From NCBI GenBank assembly GCA_036172245.1, contig JAYWIR010000011.1, positions 2,108,001-2,172,000 on the forward strand: a stretch of 64,000 bases of DNA. The letters are read 5' to 3'. The stretch is from Raillietiella orientalis. Lineage: Eukaryota. A model generated the notes under the pieces. That model saw only the letters and a list, made by a program, of their open reading frames with translations. It did not search any database and was not told the DNA's origin. A program made the position numbers and the translations under genes. This document shows positions 24,661-39,919 of the stretch, piece after piece; positions within the stretch are counted from its first letter, which is position 1; every line of letters begins with the position of its first letter.

Positions 24661-25639
24661 CGGAAATAGACGCTAGGTTATGGGAGTGGGGGTGGGTGGG
24701 TGGGAATTGTCTTCTGCTTTAGGCACCGCAAGCAATCAGCGTTGTCGGTCGAAAAACTCCGGAGTTCGGAGGCGAACCTTCCGTGTTGCGTTCGCGCTCT
24801 TTCGCTTGAGGAAAAGAGGCAAGCAGGAACAGGGGTTGCTGACAGACAGCTGCACCAGCTGCCTGCAGGCGTCACAGAGTTGGCCGCTTGTGCTTTCTGT
24901 GCGGCCGAGGACCGTCCATCATATTCCGAACTCAAGTGGGTGCTTCTTTTGAAATGACGTAGACGAAAGGTTTCACCGTCGCAAGGAAAGGGCAAGCGAT
25001 TTCTTCACGGTCCATGAAAATTCCCCGTTTTCACGGGTGCTTTCCATCCGATGGATCGAAACGCCTGAACACCGTGATTTCCTCTCTGGAGATGTGGGAA
25101 GTGAGCAGGAAAGAGTGCGAAGAGAAACAGACTCCTCTTTCTCCTCCTCTTCTTTGCACCCTTACTTGGGTCCTGCGTTTCCTCTTCGCCATTGCTGTTT
25201 CCGACGGCGCCTCTTTGCGACGGTCCGGCGCTACCTGGCAACGGATCGATCCCGCGTCCGGAGAGGAGGAATCGCTTATTTTGCTGACTCATTGCATCGC
25301 TTATAAATCAGACGTATCGACGGCCCACGCTGCGACCCGATCGATTCCTCAATCCGACAGGCGACGGGGCGCGAATCTGTTCAACAACAGATCGCGTGGG
25401 ACTGACACGCTAGCAACCGTTTCCCAACATCGTCGTCCGCAACACCAAGTATCACTTTTGTGGGTCAAGATCCGAGTTTAAGATCCTATCACTAGTTACT
25501 AAGCGCTCGTTCCTTCTACCTGGACAGTGCCTCAGTCGTTTTCAAGCTGCAGCGATGCGTCCAGTTCCTAACGACCATCTCTCTCTGAAGGAGTCCTCTC
25601 AAGATGTCCACCGCGGGCGTCAGCCTTCCTGCCCCCTCC

Positions 25640-26600
25640 TCACGTTTTTGCACTTCTCATCACACCGGTTGTGATGAAGATATGAACTGCTGTCATCACC
25701 GTAGGAGCACTGCCTCCAAGACTTCCAGTCTTGTGCTGGCATGCAGGCCCATCACCGCCTGAAGCACTGTCCATTCTCGGGCAGGCGAGCACGTGGACCT
25801 GCGTTCCCTTGCCCCCACACGCCGCACAGAACTCGTCTTGGATGTTTCCTACCCGGTGCCTGATCCTCGATACACCCAGGATTCCTCCGCGGTAAAACAT
25901 GAGGAGGTCGTCCCGAGTGTCCGGTAGTAGACTGCCAATCCAGCTGCTTGCAGGTTCGCGTTCCGTCTGGCAGCCGCAACGACGAAGTCGCTGTTTTCTT
26001 CTTTTGGAGCAATGAGTTTTCTGGAGATTTCTTTTTTTATTATTCTGGACCACGCGCTTTCCACATTCGTCGTATCCTGTGGACGAGTCTTCCTAGGACT
26101 CTCTCGGTGTAGAGGAACAGTCGCATTCTTTGGCAGTTGCCACTCGTAGCGAATGGTCCTGAATGGACTGGACCTTTTGATGTATCCGTTGCCACGTCTC
26201 CCGTGGAATGAGAAGAAAGCAAGGAATGATCAAGGCCGGTTTTTCGTCCCATCCTCTTCCAGGTGGGATCGATCTACTCTCCTGGATCGCCTTTTAGGGC
26301 TGGCTGACATCAGTCCACTCGAGCTGTTTAGCAGCTTCGAGTGGACTCTGTGAGCCGCAAATGGCCACATGTCGCCATCCTCGGCGAACTCAAGGAGTTG
26401 CCTCGCGTCCATGGTTTCCAAGGAGTGTTCCAGCGACTTCATCCCTGTCCCACCGTCCTCTCGCGGGAGCTTCGAAACGAGAGGCTCTTCAGGAAGGTTG
26501 TCTGGCAGGCCGTTTCGAAACTCCTGTGGATCATCATCAAGTGACTCCCTCATTACTTCGCCATTATCTAGTGACTTCGCTTTGTGTTCCATTCCCTTCA
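25640..26600 (-). mobile_element. Degenerate non-LTR retrotransposon ORF2 (post-RT region and CCHC)
   Basis: KLPREDGGTGMKSL (LPxxxGGLG motif) and downstream FCAACGGKGTQVHVLAC zinc knuckle; frameshifted. Confidence 0.65.
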
Positions 26601-29600
26601 TTCTTCCATTATCGGGTATTTCCGGGTCGCTGCAGTTCTCCAGTGCACCGAGCCGGACGGTGCAGTCGAGAACATTCGGTGCGCGTTGTGGTTTCAGAGA
26701 CCTCGTTTTCCCTTTCTACATTTGACAACAGGGAATTTTTTGTGTGTGTTTTGCAAATCGTGCCTGGTTCAAAGTTCGTAGTAGGGTCACTTGTGCTACT
26801 GCAGAGTGAAATGAGATTCTTGCAACAGAGGGAAAGCACCAGATCGTCTTAATCTCTCAACAAGGGATGCATTTTGAGAACTGTTGAAAAGGTAAAGACA
26901 TGCTCCACTCGAAATTCGACCTCATCGGACGGGCCAGACAATGGAGTGAAAGCACAAGAACACTCCAAGCTGTCTCCCTGCGTCCCTTCGCGGAGGCATC
27001 CAAGATGTGTTCGCCAGAAGAAAAATCGAAAAGGATTGTGTACGCAAACATGAACGCAAGTCGTCCCAAGACGCCCTGAGGAAATCAAATAGTGTCCCAA
27101 CCGTTCTGAAGTTCCTGTTTTGCGCCGCTTGTTTTTTCATAGATCATTCTGGCAACAGGCACTCCTGTTGTCCATTCCAGTGGAGTGAACTTTAGATGCT
27201 CACTCTTTTGCATTCAAGAAATCGAAGCGGAAATCAGGAAGTCCTCTAGAGAGGTCGACATTTGCCTGCAGAAAGATGGAATACTGCTAAAATAGGCTGG
27301 AAATGAGGCGTCGAGCAAGCAAGCGTGGTCACCCATCGAGTCATCATTGAGGCCTGACTCGTCCTGAAAAAACAAAAACCCTCACCACACTCTATGCGTG
27401 TTGTCCATTTTAAAACACTCCGGTAGTGTTTCAGAAGGCGCGCGAAATGAAGAGGAAAACATACGGAAACAAATTGCTTTGGCATTTTAAGAATGACGGT
27501 GACATGCAGCAACTGAAATCTCAAGAACTGCGCGAACAAGTTGATGCTGAAGTCTGACATCTAGCATAGCCGAGACACTTATTGGGTGCACCGGCTAGGA
27601 CGGCCCTCCAAGCAGCCGAGCGCGGACCTGCCTGGGCAGGTCACCCGAAGTCCACCAATCTTCAGGTCTCTTAAAGCCGAAAAGCAAAGAAAGAAGGCTT
27701 GGACCAACAACGACTTCAGTGCCGAGAGATGGGCTGCGGATTCGAACCGCTGAGGTGAACCTACCCGACAAGGCCCTCATCCTCATTGAGGAACACCTCT
27801 CCCCCACACTCTCTTGAGCAGCTGTTGCAGACCAGACCTTTCCCAGCAACGACGAAGCTGTTCACCTTGACTAACGCGTGCAAGCTGTGGAAAATCCCTT
27901 CCCATACATTTCTCTACGTGATTCATGTAATCCCGAATCTTTTACATAGTTCTTTCCAAGCCGAAAGAGAAAGTTCCCGTATGAACAAACTCTGAATGGT
28001 TGCAACGCGATCTCTGTGCTAGCAGGAGATCAAGTTTACTAGGACAGAGATCTTTTTTTATAGAAAATACACGTGAATCTCTTGTTGCTTGCCCAAGAAA
28101 CCGCTTCAAGAGGACGTAGGGTATAGGTTTAATTACTTGTTGAATGTAAGGCAGTTCATCTGGCTGAAGGCCACTTCAAGCGGTTGGCTACGCAGTCGGA
28201 TACGTCAATGAGGCTTTTTCTTCGGGGACAATCCAAAAATAACACGAAGCAGAGGAAACACGCCAATTTTCTTCAAACGTTTTTGAGGAGCTTAAGCGTT
28301 GATGGCTTCGTTGAATGCATTCTTTGCTCTTCTCTTTCTCCTTCCGGAGTTCCAAGTAGGATTCCTAAAAGTGGCCGAAAGGCTTTCATTCGTATGGTGT
28401 GATGTTCGCTTAAAATAAGGGTGGTCCTTGGCAAAGTCTGGTGGACGCGTCGGGACACACTTTTCGCATGACACCGGTCATCCTGGAAATTTCATCCAGA
28501 TCGATGTGCCCACACTTGACCAGCTACCGACGGGAAACCGCGAGCCGTCGACACTGGGTTACCAGAGCTACGTCCACAGACGCTGATTGAGGCTCATTTG
28601 AAGGTCATTTCTTAGGACAAGAGGGAACTTGCACGAAGTATTTCATCCTTTTCTCTTCGAAGAGTAATAGGGAACAAGATTCCACTTTTACTTGCCTTCT
28701 TGCTAGGCTCGCAGGCAGCAAAAATAAGGGAATAACACGAAAAAACAAATGGAGCTTCCCGGAGTGAATTGCTTGCTTGCCAGTTCCTACGTCGTTCGTC
28801 CGACGCGCGAGAAGCATTTTGTTCTCATGAGAAGCAACTCGGATCGGGAAGTCCCCCATTCTCTTCGTCAGGCCGTACGGTGAAGCGCGTTGAAGAATCG
28901 AATCCCTGCTCAACGCGTTCCTCTCCTCTGCACTGGTGAGCATCGTGGGATAAAGCCAGCTGGTCCACGGTTCTGCATGCTCGAGCGCCACCTGAGCTTC
29001 CGCAAGTCGGAGCTGCTGCTTGGCACAGGGAGATGTGGAAAGTGTTCCCTTCCTTCTCTGTGTTTTTGCATTCGAGAAGGTGGCCGAGGACGGGTTCCCT
29101 GCCCTGTCCAGGCATCGCCTGCTGGAAACCCCTCGCTCGCTCGAGTGGGCATTTCCGGATGCACGCAAACGCCGGAAGCCTTCATGGAGGCGATAGAGCT
29201 CTTGCGCCCTCCAATTTCTTCCCGGAAAGATAAAATTCTTGCTGCCTTTATCCGCTCACTTGGCGGTTGATTTTTCAAATTCACCGATTCGGCCTCGAAT
29301 CCGCTTGACGCCAAAGCTCCATGTGAACGAACGCGTACTGTCACGTGTGGGCACTGTGCAGTTTGATGCCTTCCTCGCCCATAAAACTGGGCATGCAGGG
29401 TGAACCCCGCTTGATTTAAAAGAAAAAAACAAAAGGATCTCATGTGGAACGTTCATGGCAACATTCCACATGAGATCAGGTGGCCAAAGAGGAGATTTCC
29501 AAGCTCTCAGCACGAAGACAACGAGGGGGAAAGGATGGGGGGGGGGGGGCTGAATTCTCCTGAATCTTCCTGAAACGTTGAATTCCTTTGGAGGCTCGGT

Positions 29601-32600
29601 TTCGGTATCTTCAGGAAATGCTGGTAACGAAATTGTCCAGAGCGTGATTGCTTCGCTTTGCAAAGAGGGGTGAAGTTGTAAAACCGAATCTCGAAAGCAA
29701 AAAAATAGAAGCACGAACGCATGTATAATCAAAGGTCGGAAGGTCTTGATCAGAGTTCACAAGTCCCAGAGAAAAAGAAACTGCTACCGTAATCGCTCAA
29801 GGGAGGAGATATAAGAGTTAGACGGAAACGAAGCTTTAGATCTGCATGGGGAGGACAAGGATGCAAGGCGGATGAACCGGATCTGAGAGATAAACAAATA
29901 TGCAGCCAACGAGGAGCACTTTGTCTTCGTGGGCAAGGACACGAAATGCAAGAAAATGATTCCGATGCGCAGAGGAACGCCCCACGTTGGGATCGGGTTT
30001 GGCTATGAAGCCTGGGGCCTGTTCTTTTTCTCGGGGCGCTCTGGATGCCTGGCTCCGTTCTGTTTCTGCTCTTCTTGAGATGGATGAGTTCGCCCTTGGG
30101 CTTCCAAGAACAGTTCGCGGCGAGCCAGCCGCCAACCGGGAGTCGCCCGTCTTCGCTGCTGGGACGACAAGCAGACGCGAGCAAAGGAGACGCTGTTTCG
30201 GGGTTTCCAAGGAAAACCTCGTAACTTCTTCAGCCATTGCATCCTCCCTTGTCGCAATAAAGTGGACACAAATCTTCATCAGGAATGAGGGGATTTTTTT
30301 GCGCTCGATCCGTGAGTTGATGCAGGAGAACGCAGCAAAATTGATTTTCGAACAAAGTCGGCTGATGCCCAGTGAAAAGTTTGCAAGTCCCTGTTGCAGG
30401 GAAATTTCCTCTACAAGAAATACCTTCCATGCTTATCCCACTAAATAAGAAGTTCCGGAAACCCTTGTGACCGCTCATCCGTATTCGAGTTCCGAGCCGC
30501 GTTCCTCTGATGAAGACTTCGTGGCGGTGTCCTCTGAATTGCACGGTACTTTTCCTGGAGTGAGGGAACCATTTATTGAGATAGCAACTCCGGGGAGACA
30601 TTTGGCTTTGTAGTGTATTCATTCAGAACATGGTTTATCAACGCTTTTACTATTAATGCCACCGACAAAGCGTTGAAGCTATTATCATATCCTACTCCTC
30701 CCACCTCACATCGTTCAGTGCTTCTGTGTAATGATCCAAAGTCGAAATTTCACGCCTGAAAAAGACAAAGACCGCCTTTGGAGCAACTCGAATAAACGGG
30801 ATCGCCTCAGTAGATTGCCTGTTTTTTTTTCTTTTTTCCTTTTTTTTCCTCTCCCACCAGGACGCACCGTTTCGATCAGAAGGCAAGCTCTGTTGGGTAT
30901 TTCCAGTTTCTTCTGCAGGAATGCATCTGGGAAACTGACCAGCCGAAACCTCATTTCAAGAAATCGTTCCTCGAGTTCCCCGCTTATCACAGCCTTCTTT
31001 CCCGACGTTGCTCTAAGTGAAACTTGCATTGCCAGAGGCATTTCCCCTCGTCCCCTCCCCCCTTCCCCCCACGATGCGTTCCGTCGCGCATTCTCTCGCA
31101 AGTTCAGAAAATTTGAATTTCGTGCGAACATGGGGGCAGTCCCACTGACGAATTCTTCGCAATGCCTTCCTTCTCACCCTCGATGCTCTATATAGGTATC
31201 TTTCCCGGGGTCTACATTTCGTGCTTTCGGTCTCTTGCAGCCTGTCTCAAGCTTCCCCACACACCCCCACCCTTCGGAAATTTGAGAAGTCTCCCACTCG
31301 CGCCAGATGAACTGACACACAGTGTTTTCTAGCGTGGAGGTCTCTTCGGTTTTGGTTTTTGTGTGCGGCTCTTTTTTCCAAAACAACAACAACAACAACA
31401 ATCCTTCTAACTCTTTTTAGATGGATAGCGAAATGACGATATTTCCTCTCCTTACCCACAGCTCGAAGTGCTGACTGGGGTGAAATAGTGAAAACGCACC
31501 CCGAACGTGTATTTTTTCCTTTCGAGACAAAAGCACGCGGTTCCCGAAGGTGAACACAAACCGCTGAGTTCCCAGAAACACCACCATGCTACCGGATATA
31601 GCAACCCGAGGAAAAAGATACGAAAGTGCTCGTAAAACAACATGGGTTCATGGCGTCAGGATTACATACTTAATAGCGACATCATCTGGTCACAATGATG
31701 TCCTGGTGGTCAGCCTAATGATATCCTCTCAAATCACCCACATTCATTCGTACGCCAGCTGAACTCTCCCTTTCGATTTGTTTCAGTCGTTCTTGAGCAG
31801 GATGAAGCCTTTGCAGTTTGACCCCTTTCTTTATTAGCCAGCCACGATACCTTGACTCTTTGGATTTCGTAGAAATTCTTGTTCGCTCTTGTTCCATCTT
31901 TTTTTTCTGAATAATTTTATAGTTGGATGACCGTAGCACATGAGAAAAAAACATTTTTCCGTATAACGTGGAAAAATAGGTAGGCTTTCCGGAGTCCCAG
32001 TCTGATGCTTAGGAACTCCCAAGGAACTCTCCTCTACCAGACGGTGTTGCGAACAGATTCACAGATGTGAGGTGGGGAGCTTCGGACGCGAGAAAGAGGT
32101 CCGAGTACGCACTGAACACCCGATCAGATCTCTGAAACACCGGCAGAATCTTACGATTTCTCTGAAACCACGTAAAGCGACGAGGGGCAACGTTATCTCC
32201 CTCGCTGCATTTTCGGAACAGGACCCGCTCCCGGCTTTACAGAACAAGGTGCTGTACCATTCCTCGACGGTAAATTTGGTTTGGAGTCAACATGCTCAAT
32301 AACGGAGCATGCGTTTCCCATATGTTCTAACACTTCCCCGTTGCCAAAGTTACCTTCTGAACAACCGAGAACTGGCTCCTCGGTATCACCGTTTACCCTG
32401 GGAATTTTAAACGCTCAGGGGGAAATTTCCCACGAGAAACGACAATTCAAAGACACCTTTTCTTTTCTTTTTCATTTTTAGGTTACTTCTTCGGCGAAGC
32501 TCCAAAATACAGAAAAACAAAGAAAATGTATACAAGCAGATACACCCTCGGACGCACATCGCGGTGTCACAAACTCAGCAGCAGGATGTCGAATCACCCA

Positions 32601-35600
32601 TTTTCCCTCCCCGTGGTTCTCAGACGAACGGCATGCCCTTAGTTCCCTGGCCGAAGGTCGATCGGAAAATCCTTTCCAACCTTTTTTGCTCAGTTGGGAG
32701 TCGCATTTCTCACCGAAAATTGGGTTGCGCGATATCCGTAATTCTCCTTGCCCTGCACTCCTCGTCTTCGCACCCTATCCCGAGTTCTTGCGATTCCCCG
32801 CGCGCGTGCACGGGTCCGTGGGAGCCGGGACTTTCGTACACCAAAGAGCAATTCCTGGGTCGTTTTCGCTCGCCTTTCCACTACGACGAGACCCCCTGTC
32901 TTGATGTGCCTTGGTGTTCGCCGCACTCCTGCCTCAGCTGCACACCTTGCAGTTCATACACACCGTGAAAAAACCACGGTTGGCGAATCTCGGTGCGCAT
33001 CGTGGGGAAACCCCATAGACCGGGCGAGTGAGGCACGAAGGAACAGACTGTAAGCTCGTTGTTCCTTATGCCTTCGTATACCGCAATGGATGCCGGCTGT
33101 CTTCAGATAGAAGCACACTTATCAGCGCCGATGCACACTGGAAAACGCCATCATCAAAGCATGTGTACCACCGACACTTTTTGGAAACACAAGTGATAGG
33201 GCTACTTATATTCTGGAAACATCCCCGCCTTTTCCTCCCTGCAAGCCTGTCATTACCTTTAGTTAGCAAAAGGTAATGACACTATTCATATGATACGAAT
33301 GAACACATTCAAGATGACGAATTCGAGAACATTCATGAATTCCCAAAGATTCACTTGAAAAACATGAATCAACAACTTTGAGAATTTGTGCGATTTTCAA
33401 GGTTCAATCTGCAGTCAATTGTTTTTAAATAAGTAGCACTTCGAGATCCTTTTTGTTTTTCTTTAAGAAAAAAAAAAAAAAAAAAAACGTAAAGCTACAT
33501 TTGGTACCTCGCATTCATCTTCGTATGCATGGTATATTCCATTGTGTCAAGCACTCTACCATCCACATCAGCTTGAATCGAGTGCCTTGTTGTAGAAGGC
33601 GTCGTTCGTGGAAACTTCCACGAACGATCATTGATTCAAGGATCACTGACTGACCGTTGAGGTCACCGACTTTATTGTGCCAAGTCAAGTGTTCCCCTGT
33701 CTTTCCGGTGAATGTTTCCAATGGCAATTCTTGCTCGAGTCTAACCAGGACTGCCTATGGTATGCCGAACGATGTGGCGTTTCCATTGTATGTGACATCC
33801 AGTGAAATTTTGACCTTAATTTTGCAGGTAGTTTCTCCACACTCTCTGTTCTTTCCACAATTCTTTGACACACCTCCCGGCTGAACACTCTTTTCGAAGT
33901 GACCTAGGGTCACATAGGCTCTAACAATGTTACATACGCAGCAGACCTTCGTTTTTCCTGATTTTTTGCCTTGCGATTCACCTGCCTAAACGGATTACTA
34001 GGTTTACCAACATATACTTCTGAATGGAGTTTGTAGGGCATCCGTCATAGCTAATTTTGCTCGGTGGCTTCTTCACAATAACCTGTTTGGGAGCTTCGAT
34101 TGCGAATGCTTCATGAACTAACTTTCCCCCCTTCCTCCAAGGATGCTGCGAGTCGGTGGGGATTGGAATTCCGTGAATGGTGGCGTTCCTTGCTGATGCT
34201 TGTTGACGAACTATTACATTTATTAATCACACCACAATGAAAAAAACATTAGTGTTGTTTAGTACTACTTTTGAGTTTATGACTAAGAATTTGAGTAAAT
34301 ACGTTGACAGGCGGAACCCAAATTCTTGTTCTAGTGTTCAGTTTGCCGTACAGCATTGAGAATTGGGAACAGTTGAGAGAAAAACCAAAATCAAAAAATA
34401 ATGATTTTTATTCTTCCACAAAGGTGAACGGTCTTGCATAGTCAGATGGGTGTCTTTCATGCATGTCTCAATGAGGTTAGTTCTTTAAATGTGGATAACC
34501 TACAAGGCATTCATCTGACTAAACAGATTAATCGATTTGGAAAAACAAAAATCTTTTTTTCAAAATTATTCTATTTTTGTAATTTTTGGGGCATTAAAAT
34601 GCTAAAGGTCTGATTTTGTAATTCTTTTTTTCAATAATCCCTTGTGACAAGGATTCTAATTCTATTGCTTAAAAGATGTAAAAAGGATTCCTTTGGATAA
34701 TATTTTCGAATTTCTGAAAAGCCATGTAAATGATTTTCAAAGCCAGACTTTTTCTTTTATGAATTAGGGCCCATTTCTCCCTCATCGATTATACAAAGTG
34801 GTGTGATCTGGGCAAAAGCAAATTCACTATCAAGATCATCTAATCAAGTCCTGATGCTATCTATTTGGGTCAAGATGGTAGCTTCATGAAACAACACAAT
34901 TAGGTAACATAAGATCTTGATCAGTTTCTTAAATAATAGTGACTATTTTATTGGTTATGTAATAGAAAAAAACAGATAACCAACCATTACAGCATCTGGG
35001 CAAAATGGGGATTGGTATGAAACAAATCAGTACTCAAATATCATGTGACATTAAAGATTTTGTACAATTCTTTGAAAGCGAATTCAGCATGCACAGAACT
35101 CTATGAATATGTGAATGCTCTTTTTGTTTTGTTCTTAGGATCAAGGATTGCTGAGATCTCAACCCAGATGCTATACATTATTTATATTCAGAACAACAAT
35201 TCAAGTCAAATTCATCCCCAAATATACTCCAAACTTGGTGTAATTAGAATCTTTCCTTTTATCTGTTGTACTCAATAAAATCTCGTCTGTCTCATGAACA
35301 GATTCATTGTCTAATGAATGGCACCAGACTGAAATGATGAAAGTACTTTAACAAACAAAAATAAATTCAAGTGCTCATGTACGTTTTAGGTATCCGCACC
35401 AGACTACGTAAATTTGTATTTCTGCATTTGGAATAGTTCTTCAGGCTTGAGACAAACAAATTCATAATAAAACTGAGAAGAAAAAATTAAGAAGGCTTAC
35501 AACTGACAAATGTTTGTTACACTAATTTTCCATTTCCTTCCTCCAAAGGAATAATCGTTCAATGAATGATTTCTCTAATTTATCATAAAGCTATATTGGC

Positions 35601-38600
35601 AAAAGTTTTTATTTTATATCTGGATTCTAATTTTCTCATAACAGCTAAAACTCCTTGAGTTCTTATATGATGACTTATATGATGCCATGAATAGTGCATT
35701 CAACAACACCGAACTTAATAGGAACAATCATAAATGAAAAATACAAATACTCCTTCTCCCATATCTAATTACAGTAATAGTAAATAAGTAATAGTCTTTT
35801 TCCTATGCATGCTATTTCGCCTGCCAAATTCCAAAGATCTCTACACCGTTTGCTGCCTTCGTACCTTTTAAGTCAAAGTAGTAAAAAATTGTTTTGCATT
35901 TTGAAAAGTTAACAAATGATCCTAAGGAGAAATAAGAAGGGTGCTGTCAAAACTTCAGATGAATAATTTCCTGGAATGTCTGCTGTGCTTTTGCTGTTAC
36001 ACTCATGAAAACTATAACCAAATCTTAATAAACTAGCTCAGTAATTACTAGACTGAATTATCCATACCATAAATACTTCAAATCAATAGATCTACTTCTA
36101 TCAGTAAGAATCAGCTCTCAAATACTCAAGATACTTTCATGTTCCGATCACACATGATTCATGCCAAAAGCATAGTCTACAACATGAAACAGTTAAACAT
36201 AAAACCAACTTTAGATAAAAAGAATCTAAAACATAATTATCAACTGCAACTCCATCTCTCAATGTAACTTGCAATGCATATCATTCCATTCTATGGAAGT
36301 TTCAAGATAATACAAGAATCATGCAACATCAATGCCCTCAAGAATACGGCTGCTTATCTGACAACTTAAGGAATTTGAATTTAAACCTTTTCACCTTTCA
36401 GTCCCCAAACAGTGTGCTGCAAAAAGAAAATTCATTCATAAACCATACACACTCATTGCTAAATGCAACAGTATGAGTATTCCTACTAATGAAGGATGTA
36501 AAAACCCTACATGTACATCCAAAACAAAAAACCCTAGAAAAATTATGAATAAACAAGACTACAAAAGGTTTTCCAGTTTCAACACCTGAAAAATCAATTG
36601 CTTTCCTTAATAGCTCAAAAAAAGGTCACATCTACTGGAAAAATACGATATAAATATGTAAGCTTACTGATCGAATTTTCTTGCTAACTACACATAACAA
36701 TTGTCAAATGGAAATCACCTTTCCCTGTATAAAAAAAATTGTTAGATGCAAAAATCATTCAACTTACTAATCATGCAATCATATTCCTTCTACACGAGCA
36801 GCAATGAAGCTCAGCTGTGCCATCATAGCATTTGCAGAAAACTACAATTAATCCCCTAACTTTCACACTCTTTAAATTGCCCAAAGCATTTCATTGAACA
36901 AATACTCAAACACAATGAACTCTAATTTATATATCCTAACAGCAAATGAGATAATGTCTACACATACATTTAAAGAAAGCATGCAGTAATCCTTAAAGAA
37001 TGGCAGTTGTAATCATATCTTGCTATGAAAATGGTCCATTCAAATGCATTCATTCAAACACTGAAACTTCAAGAAATTTACTTTTTAATTTCACAAATTA
37101 GTATCCTTTCTAACTTTATCCTTTTTTTTACATTTAGAGTTGAAATGAAATGATCATTCTGTAAATCGAAAATATCATCATCCCACTGCATTCCACTACA
37201 CCTCATCACCATTGCATCCATGCACTGATCTTAATTTTTGTATTGCATCTTAAAACTATAGTGTGTCAATTCCACCTATTTTCTCTCAAAATTATCAAAG
37301 AATTTATCATTTTCTCTTACACAAACTGCAAATCCCAAGAACCTACCCCACAATGAAACTCATTTTTCTAAAGCTCACATTGTCAAGTCATTTCCAATTT
37401 ACAAAACCTGAAACATTCTTCAGAAGTCCTCCACTACATAACATCTTAAGCATTGACTCACTTTTTCCTCACTTAGTTTCCATCAACAAATAAGTCTATG
37501 TTTCAAATCACTCTTACTGTTTCAGTTTAGTGACAAATTAGAAGTACACTATTGTCATTTCTCAATACCCTTGCATCTTTTAAATAGAGTAATGCAATGG
37601 AAACACATAAAACAAAAAGCTTACATTATGATCAGCTGAATCATTTTTTGTAAACAAAAATAATGCATTAAAAATATAAAACCTCATACATCCATGTATC
37701 CAATAGCACTTCTCATCCCTCGGTCTCCTTTTATGCCAGATTACAATAATGTTTGCAAGCTGTTCCTCTGACATATTGCTCCTGTGACCTACTTTGCCTT
37801 TATTTGGGTGTTCTGGACAAACTGCTGTGTTTTACAGAATACATATCCTTCACATTTTCCACAATATCAGTTAAGTTGGGTCAGAGATGACCATGTAAGT
37901 CTTTGACTATTAAAACCACTTGGCAAGGAATGCTTCATTCAGAATTTCAAACAGTTCTTGCATCATACTGTAGATTGTGTTACGTTGTTCATTTAAAACA
38001 TTTAAAAACTCGAGCTCAGCATATTCCACAAATTTCAACTCAGTTTATTCCTGGATTGTCTTTAGAACAACTGCAAAAACAAAAATCTTTCCTGCTACTC
38101 TTATGACCTATTGACAACAGATCTTTAACATGTAAAAGCAAAAACAAAAAACGGAGGGAAAGGAATGGCATCTCTTTAAACTAATTTTATTTAAAAATGC
38201 ATGAAAAATTGACGAGCATGACAGGAATGCAAAACACCATGATCGCACTCGCCTGGCTGCTTTCTTCAGTTGTGTTCTAAAAAAAATCTGTCTTGACAGC
38301 AACATGAGCTTTGAGGTTTTTTACTGGGTAGCACACACATAATGTTAAGCTAACAACAATCCTAATGACCTGCTAACAGCAATTTTGGCACATCCTTGAA
38401 ATGTAAATTTACGATCGAACATTCGGAAATTACAACAGAAAAATAGAAGCTTCCTTAAATTATGATGTCGTCTCACAAACAACCTATTTAAAAGCTGACT
38501 TTGCTTGGAAGGTTAATTGCAAGTTATAAATCTTTTCCTTATGGGAATGCATAGCACATTTTAGCAGTGACTTTAATGAATCACAAGAAAATATTTCATT

Positions 38601-39919
38601 CACAATTATGAAAACAGCATTAGATTTTTGCATATAGCATATTGTATTCATTGTTCACAAACATAACTATAATTAGATCTCAAAAGTAAAAAGACAAAAC
38701 TTCATTTTTCAAATAATCGTGAAATTGCATAACGGTAACTTTCATATCTATATTATTAATTTTTCGCATTCATTATATTTCACTTAACGCCTTGCAAGCC
38801 CACTTTACTCTCGCATACACCACAGCATATTATGACAAGTAATGCATAAAGCAAGAAGATAAACATTAGAAGTTGAAACCTATTCTTTATTTTTATGAAA
38901 GAAATGCGGATAATTCCCGGGATGAATAGAATCTCTTAAATCAATGAAATGCCGATAATTATGAAGACTGCTCACCAACTGAGTGTAATTTATCAACGGT
39001 AATTTACTGATAATGGCTACCATCATCACACATCACACATTTCAGACATCTACTAGCTTGATGTTAGTAATGTTTCTCTTATGCCATACTTAATATCCAT
39101 AATTCCATTTCTGGAGTAGAATTTTAAAAAAATTTTCTCATGAAAAAAATGTCAACATCAGTCACACAGAGAATTACGTACTCGAGTAATGAATCGATTG
39201 TGTGGTACATTATTTGGAAGTTTTTTTTTTTATTATTATCAATGCGGGATTAACATTGTCTAATCTTATAAGATTCAAATTCAAATCATGTTTTATTTTA
39301 TTTTATCATATATTAAAGTGTCTCAGTTTTTCTTTTAGAAACTCTAAATAAAATCAGACAAAAAGTCAGCCTACTAAGAAACTTCTATCAGAAAAGAATA
39401 ACCGCAAAATATTTATCAAATATCTTATAAACTGAAATCACAAAATCACATGAAATGCCATGGAACCAACAAAATAAGAAACAGAAGAATAAAAGAAAAC
39501 TGACAAAAGTAGACCTTCCTCCTCCTTCAATAACACCGCCGTATAGTGGCGCGACCGAAGAAGAGGAATAACAGGCAATGGAACTAGAAATGAAAGCAGC
39601 TACATCCGCTGCAGCGATCCATCTGGACAACACTCTTCTTCCTTGCCACCAGCAACTCGTCGAGACGATTCTGTGGAACCACCATCCGCCGCATCGACGA
39701 CAAGAGCAGGCTGGAGCATATGATCCACGTGCTCTGCAATCTGCATTTCGAAAGCAGGAAGATGAGGCAGGAAGCGTACTGGGAGCTGAACATCGAAGAT
39801 GAGGATGAACATCGTTCCCTCTGAGGGTACTGGGAACCAGTACGAGTGGTAGTACGCATCCCGCAACGTAAAAGGGCAGATCGGTATGCAAGAAAAGAAA
39901 AACATCGCCACCGCTGTCT

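Noticed and set aside
24700..25230. FN3 and transmembrane exons of the Side gene
   Set aside because: Only vague similarity (PLLCTLTWVLRFLFAIAV); no phase-consistent splice model and no FN3 motif
27700..27800. tRNA gene on the minus strand (B-box ggttcgaatcc)
   Set aside because: Only the B-box is evident and there is no cloverleaf; at most a decayed SINE head
33900..39500. AT-rich block as a second bacterial insertion or a hidden gene
   Set aside because: No recognisable bacterial or eukaryotic protein motifs found; treated as non-coding host DNA
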